This document shows positions 42,538-52,902 of a DNA stretch of 64,000 nt, in pieces. Numbering within the stretch: position 1 is the first letter of the stretch; each line of letters opens with the position of its first letter. A model generated the notes under the pieces. The model had not been told where the DNA came from. It searched no databases and saw nothing but the letters and a program-made list of their open reading frames with translations. The position numbers were made by a program, and so were the translations under genes. The DNA is from a virus. The stretch covers positions 8,602 to 72,601 of the IMG/VR virus record IMGVR_UViG_3300022858_000345; one strand, 5' to 3'.

Positions 42538-44580
42538 ATGACGTTAATTCAAGGAATAAATGTAGGTGCTCCTGTAGTGCCTTACGACTCAGCAGATAAC
42601 CAGGCTTCCCATAGAGCAACTTATGGTGAGGGAGGTTTGCGAACAGTTACAAATAACACAAATAGAAACGCCATTTATGGTAATAGGTCTGAAACTGGAA
42701 TGATGGTGTATGTATCAGATGACGATAAATACTACAAATTAAAAAGTGGCTATACACCAGGAGGATTAGTAGATGCAGATTGGGAAGAATTAACTTTTGG
42801 AGGTACTTCTTATTGGCAAAGAACTGGTACAAATTTAAGCCCTCTTAATTTAGGTGATGATGTAGGTATTGGAACAGCTACTCCAGGTGAAAAATTACAA
42901 ATTTATGGAGATAAAGCAGGTATGCTAGTTTGTGGTATTGAGAATCCAAGTAGTGATGCTGGGGTTGTAGTTGGTTCTTTATATAAATTAACTAATGACG
43001 ATTCTTTTTGGGCTGGAATAATGTTACTTAATAGTGGGTCTACTATAGGATCAGGTGCTTTTGCTAATTCTTTTGCTGTTTATAATCAAGGATATGCGGA
43101 TACTGTTTTTGCTGTAGATGGTAATAAAGATTTTGTATTTTATTCAGACCCTTCAGATAGTCATGATTTTTCTTCTTTAGCAAATGAAATCGCAAGATTA
43201 AAGGCTTCTGGAAAGTTTGGTTTGAGCGTAGCAATACCAAAAGCAGGGTTGCACGTAGCAGACGGGGCTACTTCAAATATAACTGAGGGATTATTAGGGG
43301 AAATGGCGATATCTAGTGCTACAATGCCTAGAATTTGGTTTGAAGATACAGGAGAGGGGGCAGGAGACAAGGTAATGGCTATTAGTTATTTTAATGAGAG
43401 AATAGAAATTTCATCTTTAAATGATGTAGGAGACACTTATGATAAACAAGGTATTTTAGTAATTGATAGAGATAATAAAGTAGGTATTGGGGAAACTTTC
43501 CCTGAGTATCAGTTAAATTTAGCATCCGCAACAGCGGACAATGCTATTATTTCACTTGACCAATATAATGATGACAGTAATCGTCCTCCTTATATTTATC
43601 TTAGAAAATCGCATGTAGATAATATTGAAGGTTTGGTTTCTACTATAGATGAAGAGATGTTAGGAGGTATTTATGCTATGGGTGTAAATTCTTCAAATGC
43701 AAGAGATTTACAAGGCTCTGCTGGTATTTTATTCAGGCAAGTAGGAGCGGCTGGTACTTATGTAGGAGGAGAAGTTATATTTAAAACTAAAGAGAGTACT
43801 GACATGGTACTAAGGAATAGAGTAGTAATTTCTGACACAGGTTTAGTGGGTATTAATACATTAACCCCAGATTATGCTTTATCAGTAGTAGGAGATGATG
43901 CTACTACTAGTTCTATAGAATTACAAAGATATAGTAATAATGTTGGTGGTTCTGCTTTTAGGTTTAGAAAATTTAGAGGTACTATTGGAAGCCCAGCACA
44001 AGTACAAGATGATGATTTAGCAGGAACTTTAAATTTTGCAGGTTATATAGATGGGGATATGAGAGATTTGGCATATTTTCATGCTCTAGTAGACGGTACG
44101 CCTTCTGCGACAAGTTACCCTTCAAGATTTGAATGGTGGACGACTACAGAAAATTCTGTTAGTCCCGATAAGAAAATGGTTTTGACTAATGCTGGTCAAC
44201 TAGGGTTAGGTACAGCTACACCAGTAGCAGATAGTGAAGTAAATGGTTCTATTGGTTATAAAGTTACAACTGTCTCTGCAACTACTTATATTATTTTAGT
44301 TACAGATAATACTATTGAGGTTGATAGAACTGCGACTGATTCTGTTATTTTATACTTACCTAGTGCGGCTCTGTGTTATAATGCGACTGACGGCATAGGA
44401 ATAAGATTTTTAATTAAAGATACAGGGTGTAATGCGGCATTAAAGAACATTACTATACAAAGAAATGGTAGTGATACTATAATTAATACTGCTCTAGCGC
44501 AAACATCACATCTTGTAAGTACTGATGGAGCGAGTGTTTGGGCACAAGCTATCAGTGCTACTGAATGGATAATATGTTAA
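42538..44580 (+). CDS. Fibre-like protein, paralog B1
   Basis: Repeated VGIGT.TP/VGINT.TP fibre-shaft motifs; N-terminus shared with 45556. Confidence 0.7.
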   Translation: MTLIQGINVGAPVVPYDSADNQASHRATYGEGGLRTVTNNTNRNAIYGNRSETGMMVYVSDDDKYYKLKSGYTPGGLVDADWEELTFGGTSYWQRTGTNLSPLNLGDDVGIGTATPGEKLQIYGDKAGMLVCGIENPSSDAGVVVGSLYKLTNDDSFWAGIMLLNSGSTIGSGAFANSFAVYNQGYADTVFAVDGNKDFVFYSDPSDSHDFSSLANEIARLKASGKFGLSVAIPKAGLHVADGATSNITEGLLGEMAISSATMPRIWFEDTGEGAGDKVMAISYFNERIEISSLNDVGDTYDKQGILVIDRDNKVGIGETFPEYQLNLASATADNAIISLDQYNDDSNRPPYIYLRKSHVDNIEGLVSTIDEEMLGGIYAMGVNSSNARDLQGSAGILFRQVGAAGTYVGGEVIFKTKESTDMVLRNRVVISDTGLVGINTLTPDYALSVVGDDATTSSIELQRYSNNVGGSAFRFRKFRGTIGSPAQVQDDDLAGTLNFAGYIDGDMRDLAYFHALVDGTPSATSYPSRFEWWTTTENSVSPDKKMVLTNAGQLGLGTATPVADSEVNGSIGYKVTTVSATTYIILVTDNTIEVDRTATDSVILYLPSAALCYNATDGIGIRFLIKDTGCNAALKNITIQRNGSDTIINTALAQTSHLVSTDGASVWAQAISATEWIIC

Positions 44581-44598
44581 TAATTTTAATTTATATAT

Positions 44599-45534
44599 AT
44601 GGGAATGAATGAAAGATTAAATACTAAAGAGGATATGGTTATTACTGAGGGATTATTTTTAAGAGAAAATATCCCTAGTGATTTAGATATGCTTTATGAA
44701 AAAGGGATTGTTAGAAATGGGTTAGATTATTATTTTACATTTTCAAGTGGAAGTGTAACTCTAACTCCTGCTTCAACAGGTTTTGAAAAATTAGCTATTG
44801 TGCAAAAAACTAAAAATTCTAGTGCGCCTCCAGCTATTAAAGATGGGCCAGAAGTAGCGACTTCTACAACAAACATTGCGACAACATCTTCTTCACCTAC
44901 AGTAAGACCTTTATTTGTTAATGGAGCACCAGATATTTATAGGTATCATGGTTGGAGATATGCTAATACTAGCGGGACAAATCTTAAAATAAATTACCTA
45001 GAAACTAATTCAGAATCTAATTCAGGTACTATCGATATTAGTTTATATGCGGTACCCGATGATGGATTTAATAATCCTGATTGGGCTAATAAGGTACTTA
45101 TAGAAACAAAAGTAGGAGTAGGGGCAGGAACATTAACACAAACTTGGGCTGATTTCAGTATTGATCTTGATAATGGAAGTAATGTATGGATTGTTTTTAT
45201 AGGTTCAAATGCTTCCGATACTGATTCAGATTGGAATTTATATTGTGCTCAATCAGCGACTACGACTTTAGCGGCTGGAATAGCTACTATAAGTAAAATA
45301 TCAGATGATAGCGGAGCTAATTGGAGTGCGGGTTTACCTAATAATGGTTCTTGGAAAACAGCTAAGTCAGGAGGGGTATCTTTAGTTTACCCAGATGCAG
45401 ATACAGATAATGTTAATTTGTCTTATATAGGAGATTTGACAACGCCTATTGATGAGAATACTGATGATGTTGTGGTAGATGCGCCTACGGGGACTGAAGT
45501 ACAATTTTTACCGATACACAAATATAGACTTTAA
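44599..45534 (+). CDS. Putative virion structural protein
   Basis: S/T/N/G-rich beta composition within the fibre block. Confidence 0.55.
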   Translation: MGMNERLNTKEDMVITEGLFLRENIPSDLDMLYEKGIVRNGLDYYFTFSSGSVTLTPASTGFEKLAIVQKTKNSSAPPAIKDGPEVATSTTNIATTSSSPTVRPLFVNGAPDIYRYHGWRYANTSGTNLKINYLETNSESNSGTIDISLYAVPDDGFNNPDWANKVLIETKVGVGAGTLTQTWADFSIDLDNGSNVWIVFIGSNASDTDSDWNLYCAQSATTTLAAGIATISKISDDSGANWSAGLPNNGSWKTAKSGGVSLVYPDADTDNVNLSYIGDLTTPIDENTDDVVVDAPTGTEVQFLPIHKYRL

Positions 45535-45555
45535 ATTTATCAATAATTAAATAGT

Positions 45556-48048
45556 ATGACTTTAATAAGTGGAATAAATGTAGGAGCACCAGTAGTACCA
45601 TACGATTCTGCGGATAACCAAGCCTCCCATAAAGCAGTTTATGGAGAAGGGGGTTTAAGAACCGTTGTGGATAATACGGCTAGAAACGCTATTTATGCAA
45701 ATAGGGCTGAAGTAGGGATGATGGTTTATGTTTCAGATGATGATAAATATTTTAAATTAAAAAGCGGTTACACGCCTGGAAGTATTGTTGATGCCGATTG
45801 GCAAGAATTAGCTTTGGGTGTTGAAACTTATTGGCAAAGAACATCAACTTTTTTACACCCATTAAATGCTGGAGATAGTGTTGCCATACCAAGTGGTAAG
45901 CTTTATGTTGGAGAAGCTGTAGATGCAGCAGCAGATTTTTCTGGAGCGACTGCTGTATTTAATCATACAGATACAGGATACATTAATCCTATAAATGTGG
46001 GTGCAGTTGGAGCAGCTACCTCTGGCGCTGTGGAAGGGGCTGGGCTATTAGGATTTGGAGCTGCTAGTGGTATTGTTGCGGCAATGGGTGTTTATGGGCA
46101 AGCTGGGGTGAGTGATGGTGCTACCGATACAGGAGAGGCGCATGGGGTTCATGGGGTAGCTATTAGTGGTAGGACTAATGGAAATAATATTGGTGTATAT
46201 GGATTTGCTACAGGTTCTTCTGTAGCAGATGATAATTATTCTTTTTATGGTTCTGGAGGAAGATTATTTAATAATGGTAAAGTATTAATTTCGCATGAAA
46301 CAAGTGTTTCAGGTTTTGTGGGAGTAACTTTTGACTTTACGCATTCAGGACTACACAACCAACCAACCGCCTTTACAGTAAATCTAACCAATCAGACTAA
46401 TGCTAATGCTAGTATGCTTGGTCAGAAGATTAATATTGACCCTCAAGTATCTAATGCTGGTTTAAAGGCTGATACTACTGGTTTATTTATAGAAAATATA
46501 TCGGCGGCAAATACAGGTGAAAGTGCTCTTAAACTTGGAGGCCCTTGGAAATATGGTATATATTACTATACTGATGAATCTGGAGTGACAGATGTTCTTG
46601 CTCCTCAGTCAATTTATGTATATCAAAAAACATATACTGGTGGAGCTAGTGCTAAAGGTTTAAATATTAATGTAGTAGATGGAAGTGCGGCAGGAGCAGA
46701 TTCTTTAACTGGGTTAAATCTTATACTTACAGCGAAAGAAGTAGGCACTACTATTAGAGGTATAGATTTAAACCAAAATGGAGTGACTCCTGACACAGCG
46801 GCTACTGGTATGAGATTGTTAGGAGATTGGATTTATGGAATACAATTTTCAGGTGATTTTAGTACAAATGTTATTACAATGACTACATCCACACCAACCT
46901 ACGCTATTAATATGGGAGCGGGTACTGGTGGTGGTATTCATATATTAAATGCAGTTAATACAAATGCGGTAAACGCTTGGGGTATTCGTGTTAAGAGTTC
47001 TGGTCAAACCAATCTTAGTTCACCTTCCAGCAAGTCAGGTAGTATTTGGGGAGAAAATGACCACGAAGATGGTGTTGGTGGGTACTTCAGTAATACTGGT
47101 ATAGCGGGAACAGGAGTCGCATTAATGGCTGTTTCTACTAACAATATATTATTCCAAGCAAGAAATAATAGTAATATAGAAGCAGAAATCGGTAATCTAG
47201 GGCAATTAGGTCTTGGTGGTGCTTCTGTTCTTAATATGGGTATTAAAATGCAAGGAGATGTTACAGTAATTGCCAATTATGCGGCAGGTATTCAGATGTA
47301 TTCTAATTTTGAAGATTTAGCGGATAATGATATTTTCTATGGATTAGACATAGCGGCTAATTTCTCTAATAATTCACATTCAGGAATTGCTTTATATGGA
47401 GCTAGAATAATAGCAGGATTGACTCAGCAAGCTTCTTTATTGATTTCAGATGTAGTAACAGATAGTACAGATAAGTATCCAGTTATCAGTTGTTTACAAA
47501 GAGATTCAACCGACACTAAAGTAGGTTTAATATCAGGAGATTTAGATGCTACAACTAATAAAATGTATATTGGTGCGGGTTGGGGAGATGATGTTTACGA
47601 TTCTGTAACAGATATTTATTTTATGGCGGCGGCGGATATAGGGACAAAAGATGGTTCTGCTGTAAATGTTGGTTATATGGACAATACAGCGATAGTAGCA
47701 AAAAAAGCATTATGTCTAGACCCATTGGCTACAACAATTACTATGTTTGTAGGAACTACTTTATCTTCTGACAATTCTTATGCTAGAGTGGTAGGTAGTG
47801 GGGGTGCTATTACTTTGACAAGTACTCCTAATATTTCGGCTGGTAAATACGATGGGCATATACTTGTAGTGCAAGGGACAGACGACTCTAATACAGTTAC
47901 TTTCAGAGATGATAATAATTTAGTAGGGTCTACTCTAAGATTAGATGGAGGTGCGGATGCTACGTTAGGAGATGGAGATACACTTATTTTAATTTGGCAT
48001 TCTTTTTCAGGAGGAAGTTGGTATGAACTATCAAGATCAAATAATTAA
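45556..48048 (+). CDS. Fibre/spike-like protein, paralog B2
   Basis: N-terminal ~100 aa nearly identical to 42538; GVYG/GVHG beta-helix-like repeats. Confidence 0.7.
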   Translation: MTLISGINVGAPVVPYDSADNQASHKAVYGEGGLRTVVDNTARNAIYANRAEVGMMVYVSDDDKYFKLKSGYTPGSIVDADWQELALGVETYWQRTSTFLHPLNAGDSVAIPSGKLYVGEAVDAAADFSGATAVFNHTDTGYINPINVGAVGAATSGAVEGAGLLGFGAASGIVAAMGVYGQAGVSDGATDTGEAHGVHGVAISGRTNGNNIGVYGFATGSSVADDNYSFYGSGGRLFNNGKVLISHETSVSGFVGVTFDFTHSGLHNQPTAFTVNLTNQTNANASMLGQKINIDPQVSNAGLKADTTGLFIENISAANTGESALKLGGPWKYGIYYYTDESGVTDVLAPQSIYVYQKTYTGGASAKGLNINVVDGSAAGADSLTGLNLILTAKEVGTTIRGIDLNQNGVTPDTAATGMRLLGDWIYGIQFSGDFSTNVITMTTSTPTYAINMGAGTGGGIHILNAVNTNAVNAWGIRVKSSGQTNLSSPSSKSGSIWGENDHEDGVGGYFSNTGIAGTGVALMAVSTNNILFQARNNSNIEAEIGNLGQLGLGGASVLNMGIKMQGDVTVIANYAAGIQMYSNFEDLADNDIFYGLDIAANFSNNSHSGIALYGARIIAGLTQQASLLISDVVTDSTDKYPVISCLQRDSTDTKVGLISGDLDATTNKMYIGAGWGDDVYDSVTDIYFMAAADIGTKDGSAVNVGYMDNTAIVAKKALCLDPLATTITMFVGTTLSSDNSYARVVGSGGAITLTSTPNISAGKYDGHILVVQGTDDSNTVTFRDDNNLVGSTLRLDGGADATLGDGDTLILIWHSFSGGSWYELSRSNN

Positions 48049-48058
48049 TTTATAAACT

Positions 48059-48334
48059 ATGGAAATATTTATCAAAGATTGGCTTATACCTTTAGCTACT
48101 TTAGGAGGAATCCTTACAGCTATTATTCTGTTTGTTACTAAGAAAGATTCCAATCAAGATATAGATATTTCTACGTTAAACGTAACTGTAAAGAATATGT
48201 CAGGGAATGTGGAAAAAATAATGACTAATCATTTACCACATATTCAAGCAAAATTAGAAGATGTATGTGAGAAAGTAATTAGGACTGAAGTTAAATTAGA
48301 TGAACACGTAAAAAATCATTCTAAAAAAAGATAA
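48059..48334 (+). CDS. Small membrane protein with coiled coil (holin-like)
   Basis: One N-terminal TM segment (WLIPLATLGGILTAIILFV) and NHLPHIQ. Confidence 0.45.
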   Translation: MEIFIKDWLIPLATLGGILTAIILFVTKKDSNQDIDISTLNVTVKNMSGNVEKIMTNHLPHIQAKLEDVCEKVIRTEVKLDEHVKNHSKKR

Positions 48335-48396
48335 AAAACTTGTAAAAGTTAAATAATAGAGTATGCTGAAGGTATTATTTATTAACTAGAATTAAT

Positions 48397-48753
48397 ATGT
48401 ATCTAGTAAAAAACATTACTGATCCCTTAAAAGCTTTTAATGGAGAAAGTATCAAAGACATGAAAGGCAACGAATTACACATTAAAGAAGTTCTTACTAA
48501 CCAATTAGGTTCTTATTCAGGAAAAGGGGTTACAGGGGATAAGCTTATAAAAGCGTATGATTTGGGATTAAAAATTTATGGTTCTAAAACAGAAGTAGAG
48601 TTAGATGATGAGCAAATTAAATTTATTAAATCTGTATTAGAAGCTAATCCTATGTATACTTCTATTGTAGTAGGACAAGTTTTAACTATCTTAGAAAATT
48701 CAAAAAAATCTGAAAAAAAAGATGATAAAGAAGAAGTACCTGCTAATAAATAG
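48397..48753 (+). CDS. Hypothetical protein
   Basis: Preceded by TTGTAA-16-TATGCT with the AACTT-N4-AAGTT motif (48337-48350). Confidence 0.6.
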   Translation: MYLVKNITDPLKAFNGESIKDMKGNELHIKEVLTNQLGSYSGKGVTGDKLIKAYDLGLKIYGSKTEVELDDEQIKFIKSVLEANPMYTSIVVGQVLTILENSKKSEKKDDKEEVPANK

Positions 48754-48773
48754 TTTTCTAAAAATTTAGGTTT

Positions 48774-49445
48774 ATGGCAACAATATTAACTTTAGCTGAA
48801 TATAAAATAGCAAAAGATATTACAGTAGCGACTTATGACGCTCAATTGACTCTTATTATTGATATGATAAATGAGTTTATTATTTCATATTGTAATAGAG
48901 AATTTGGAGTAGATACATATACGGAACAGAAAGAAGGAGTAATGAATAACTTAAGCCAATATGTATTTCAAGTAGATCAGCCCCCAATAACGAGTGTTAC
49001 TAGTGTTGAGATTACTTTTAAAGGAGTTCCTAGCACACCTCTTTCAGTAGATATAACAAGATTAGATTTATTTTCTAAAGCAGGTTACGCATATTATTCA
49101 TATGTTTTAAATCCAAGCGTGTCAGTTATTAGACCTGAATATAGATATGATTTTTATTATACTATTGTTTATATAGGAGGGACTGCTGTACCTGGGCCAG
49201 TAAAATTGGCGGCTATTATGATGGTTTCAGATACTTTTGAATATTTCACTAGAACGGATAGCATTAAGACAGGGACTAAGACTGACGATTTGAAATCAAT
49301 TAAGATAGGGGATTATCAAGAAACTTATAAAGAAGGGCATAATACATTATTTGCTAGTATGCACAATACCGAAACAGGAGTAGTAGTTTCACAAACAGTA
49401 AGAGATTTATTAGCTCCTTATTTGAATGAGGGGCAAAGTTGGTAA
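48774..49445 (+). CDS. Head-tail adaptor (gp6/gp15-like)
   Basis: LTLAEYK..YDAQL..I..YCNREF, PITSVTSV, VPGPVKLA, LLAPY. Confidence 0.8.
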   Translation: MATILTLAEYKIAKDITVATYDAQLTLIIDMINEFIISYCNREFGVDTYTEQKEGVMNNLSQYVFQVDQPPITSVTSVEITFKGVPSTPLSVDITRLDLFSKAGYAYYSYVLNPSVSVIRPEYRYDFYYTIVYIGGTAVPGPVKLAAIMMVSDTFEYFTRTDSIKTGTKTDDLKSIKIGDYQETYKEGHNTLFASMHNTETGVVVSQTVRDLLAPYLNEGQSW

Positions 49446-49462
49446 AATAACCTAATAATATT

Positions 49463-49840
49463 ATGTCTTTAACTGAAATTATAGCAAAATATCTTAATAC
49501 TAAAGTAACTGTAAGAAGGCGTTCTTTAGTGTCAGATGATATTGGAGGATTAACTGAGACTTGGAATAATATTACAACTGATTTAGCAGCTACAATTCAA
49601 GCAATGACTACAAGAGAAATAAATGATTTATCTCAGGGTAAAGAATTTTTTGCTACTTTTAAAATGTATTGCCCAAATAATGTAATAGTAATAAAGAATG
49701 GAGATAGAATTTACGATGAAGAGACTACAAAAGAATTTGAGGTTGTGGGAGTTGAAGATAGAAAAGCGTCAAGATCAGATGTCACTACAGGACATCACTA
49801 TAAATTATATTTAAATATTCCTAAAGAAGATAAAACTTAA
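49463..49840 (+). CDS. Head closure/stopper protein (SPP1 gp16-like)
   Basis: VTVRR..DDIGG..ETW, IKNGDRI; gene order. Confidence 0.75.
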   Translation: MSLTEIIAKYLNTKVTVRRRSLVSDDIGGLTETWNNITTDLAATIQAMTTREINDLSQGKEFFATFKMYCPNNVIVIKNGDRIYDEETTKEFEVVGVEDRKASRSDVTTGHHYKLYLNIPKEDKT

Positions 49841-49842
49841 TT

Positions 49843-50229
49843 ATGCCAAGACAAGCTTTAAGTATCAGAATTGTTGGATTAGAACCAATAATCAAAGGAT
49901 TATCTGTTTTAGGAAAAATTAAAATACCAGCAGCAATAGCTAAAGGTTTAGATCTTAGTAGTAGGTATGTACTTACGAATTTAATACAAAATACACCTGT
50001 AGATACAGGGAATTTAGCTCTTAGTGAAACAATCTTTCCAGAGAGCGATCAAAAAGTTTTAGTAGGGCCTGATTTAAGTGTTGCCCATTATGCCCCTTTT
50101 GTTGAAAGAGGCCACCACACAACTGGTGGAAGTTTTGTTCCTGGTCAATTTTTTATTGAAAAAACAGCGATTGAAACTAGATCAGGAGTTATTGAGATAT
50201 TTAATCAATTAATTAAAAACGTAGTATGA
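49843..50229 (+). CDS. HK97 gp10-like tail-completion protein
   Basis: TPVDTGNL, YAPFVERGH, GQFF. Confidence 0.85.
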   Translation: MPRQALSIRIVGLEPIIKGLSVLGKIKIPAAIAKGLDLSSRYVLTNLIQNTPVDTGNLALSETIFPESDQKVLVGPDLSVAHYAPFVERGHHTTGGSFVPGQFFIEKTAIETRSGVIEIFNQLIKNVV

Positions 50230-50651
50230 GTAGAGATACAGATGAATTAAATAAGATAGTTTATGACGCATTAAAAAATAATGCGGCCTTACTAATTGCT
50301 TTAGGAGGTGATGCGACAAAAATAAAACATGCAGGACCAATGAATCTTTCAGAGTATCCTTGTGTTACTTATAAAATTTTAGGAGAAGAAGACAATGCTT
50401 ACAATTCCGATCAGAAATCTGATATTACTAATACTTATATAATAGTACAATCTTTTTCGACAGACGCTTCACCTAAAGAAGTTTATAACATAAATGATGC
50501 TGTTTTTGGTGCCTTAGATGGAAAAAGCTTGTCTAATGCAAGTCTATTAGTATATACTGCATATAGGCAGTTATCTACTCCAGTTTACGAGCCTAGTGTA
50601 AAAGTGTGGAGGGTGGACGCTACTTTTAGATTAGTAAATGCCGCTTTATGA
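50226..50651 (+). CDS. Tail terminator-like protein
   Basis: Gene order; IVYDALK, YPCVTY. Confidence 0.7.
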   Translation: MSRDTDELNKIVYDALKNNAALLIALGGDATKIKHAGPMNLSEYPCVTYKILGEEDNAYNSDQKSDITNTYIIVQSFSTDASPKEVYNINDAVFGALDGKSLSNASLLVYTAYRQLSTPVYEPSVKVWRVDATFRLVNAAL

Positions 50652-51091
50652 ATTACTCAAATAACAAAGATAATAGAGATAGAAAATTTCCGTTTTCTAA
50701 GTTTATTTTAGGGAGATTTCATAAGTGGACTGGCATAAAAGATGACAATGTAGAAGAAGCTTTAATAGAATTAACAGGGGATACTTATCACGAAATGCGG
50801 CGTTTAGTATCACAAGTTTTAGATAAAATAGAGAAGATGGTTGAAGACGATGTATACCCAGGATATTTAAATGGGAAACCTTTGACTACAGATCAAAGAA
50901 AGTGTATAAGAGAGATAGGTAATGAAGATTTAAAAGCGTATCTCAGGGTTACTATCACTGACGCATGGAATGATATATTGGATAAACAGAAATATGGAAT
51001 TGATAAATTGGGTTTAGCTTTAAAACCATATTTAAAACCTAACGAAGAAGATAATGATGTTGGAACTGAACAGTCTGGCAGTAAATCCTAG
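50648..51091 (+). CDS. Hypothetical protein
   Basis: ATGA overlap, tail module. Confidence 0.55.
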   Translation: MNYSNNKDNRDRKFPFSKFILGRFHKWTGIKDDNVEEALIELTGDTYHEMRRLVSQVLDKIEKMVEDDVYPGYLNGKPLTTDQRKCIREIGNEDLKAYLRVTITDAWNDILDKQKYGIDKLGLALKPYLKPNEEDNDVGTEQSGSKS

Positions 51092-51260
51092 AAAGATATT
51101 TATATACGGAGAGTATATATTCAGGTACGGAGAAGACCTGAAACCAGTACCCTTAGAGGTACCAAGTTATGTAGCAGACATTTTACTTCAAATGACAGGG
51201 AGGGTCAGTAGTTGTTGCGGACCGAAAGTACCCCCACCACTCTTTAGAGTAGTGAAGTAA
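51054..51260 (+). CDS. Hypothetical protein
   Basis: 68-aa ORF before the tail tube gene. Confidence 0.45.
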   Translation: MMLELNSLAVNPRKIFIYGEYIFRYGEDLKPVPLEVPSYVADILLQMTGRVSSCCGPKVPPPLFRVVK

Positions 51261-51301
51261 TGAGGCGGAAGCGTATGAAATAATTTTTAACACACTAATT
51301 T

Positions 51302-51868
51302 ATGGCTATTGACATTACAAATATCAATACCAAAGGAGCAGTTGTGACAATCGGTGGTGTAATACCTCTAGCAACTAATCCAGACGGGGACGGATACTAT
51401 TGGGGTACAGTTTCAGGAACAGATGTAGGATGTACCGCAGGCGGAGTGACAGTTAGTTATAGTTTTGAAAAGAATGACATTTTCTGTGACCAAACACTTG
51501 CTGCCGTTACTAGTTCGATCATTTCGGAAACAGTTGAAGTGGCTTTTAATATGCTGGAAACAGATGCGGCTAATTTAGCGTTAGCTATTCAACAATGTGT
51601 TACGGCTACAACTCCTGGTACTGAGGCTAAAATAGGAGTAGGTGGAATTACTACTATTACGTATGTTCCATTGAAACTTGAAATACCTGATAATGACACA
51701 GGAAATTTGACTACTTGGACTTTCTTCAAAGTACTATCTAGTGGAATGGAAATTAACTTTGAAAGAGACAATCCTTCTCAAATTACTGTAACCTTTACTG
51801 CTTATGCTGATACATCTCACGCAGTAGGACATCAGTTATTCTCAATCCACGAGGACTTAACACCTTAA
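51302..51868 (+). CDS. Major tail (tube) protein
   Basis: DVGCTAGGVTVSY, DQ, F.MLE...NL, VTFTAY; lies before the chaperones and TMP. Confidence 0.8.
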   Translation: MAIDITNINTKGAVVTIGGVIPLATNPDGDGYYWGTVSGTDVGCTAGGVTVSYSFEKNDIFCDQTLAAVTSSIISETVEVAFNMLETDAANLALAIQQCVTATTPGTEAKIGVGGITTITYVPLKLEIPDNDTGNLTTWTFFKVLSSGMEINFERDNPSQITVTFTAYADTSHAVGHQLFSIHEDLTP

Positions 51869-51903
51869 TCTAGGTCTATAAATAACCTGTAATATTTAAT
51901 GTT

Positions 51904-52443
51904 ATGAGTGATACAAAAAAAGAAACGGAACAATTAGAAACTAAAACTGGGATAACTGAGGTTGTAAAACCAGTAGTAGCTAAGGAAGAAGATTCTAATG
52001 TTCCGTTTCTAACAGAGAAAGAAGTTAAATTTCCCTCTTCAGGAGAGACTAGGCTTATTAAAAAGCTGAAAGCAGGAAAGCATTATGAGGCTCAACAAAT
52101 TTATGCAAATTGGATTAATTCATTGCAGAAGATTTTGTTAAAAGCTCGTGTTGATCTTGATACAGGCTTTGATAAAGAAGGTAAAGCTGATATGAAGAAG
52201 CTAACTGATTTAATTGAAAAGAATAAAGAATTAAATGCAGATGCTTTATTGGAAAAAGCTCAAGAAGCGGCAAAAATGCGTATAGCTTTATTATCAGTGT
52301 GCTTAGGAGAAACTGAGAAGGAAATTGAAGAAAATTATTATGCAGAAGATTTAGAAGTTTTATTAGATGCTTCTATAGAGCTAAATAATTTTCTTGGAAC
52401 GCTAAAAAAATCCGTAGCCCCTATTACTGGCGGAGGGGCTTAG
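51904..52443 (+). CDS. Tail assembly chaperone (gpG-like)
   Basis: Between tail tube and TMP; ends just after a slippery site. Confidence 0.75.
   Translation: MSDTKKETEQLETKTGITEVVKPVVAKEEDSNVPFLTEKEVKFPSSGETRLIKKLKAGKHYEAQQIYANWINSLQKILLKARVDLDTGFDKEGKADMKKLTDLIEKNKELNADALLEKAQEAAKMRIALLSVCLGETEKEIEENYYAEDLEVLLDASIELNNFLGTLKKSVAPITGGGA
52404..52440 (+). other. Programmed -1 frameshift signal (A AAA AAA + AGCCCCT/AGGGGCT hairpin)
   Basis: Heptamer at 52404-52410, 7-bp stem at 52416-52440; the -1 frame stays open into 52506-52892. Confidence 0.8.
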
Positions 52444-52505
52444 ATCAAGAAGTAGGAATAATTACTAGTATTCCTAACCCTATTACTGATTTATTTAAGA
52501 TAATA

Positions 52506-52892
52506 GTGGATACTCTAGCCAGTAGATATGGTTGGTCATTTTCAGAAATATCTGAAAACATGTATTGGGAAGATGTATATGAGATGTATGAGTTATCAGC
52601 GAATACCCAAGTATTAGAGCGAAACGAGAAAATGAAATTTGACTATATGATACATGCCACATCTAAAAAAGCGTTAGACGGTTGGAAGGACTTATCAATA
52701 CCTTTTCCAAATAGGAGTTGGGTTCCGCCAAAAGAAAATAAGATTGATGATTTACCTCAGTCGTTTAGAAGATTTAAAAATGCTAGTAAAGCATCCCCAG
52801 AGCAAGTGAAACGGGCCAAATATGTTAAGAAGCGAGTAGAAGAAAATTATAAAAGAATGATGGCTATACAGCATGGCACCTTAACAGAATAA
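52506..52892 (+). CDS. gpT-like portion of the frameshifted tail chaperone
   Basis: -1 frame relative to 51904; LASRYGWSFSEI motif. Confidence 0.7.
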   Translation: MDTLASRYGWSFSEISENMYWEDVYEMYELSANTQVLERNEKMKFDYMIHATSKKALDGWKDLSIPFPNRSWVPPKENKIDDLPQSFRRFKNASKASPEQVKRAKYVKKRVEENYKRMMAIQHGTLTE

Positions 52893-52902
52893 CTAAACTC
52901 AA

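Noticed and set aside
42538-45850. Diversity-generating retroelement template/variable repeat pair
   Set aside because: The repeated segments are N-terminal, differ largely at synonymous positions rather than at adenines, and no reverse transcriptase is visible.
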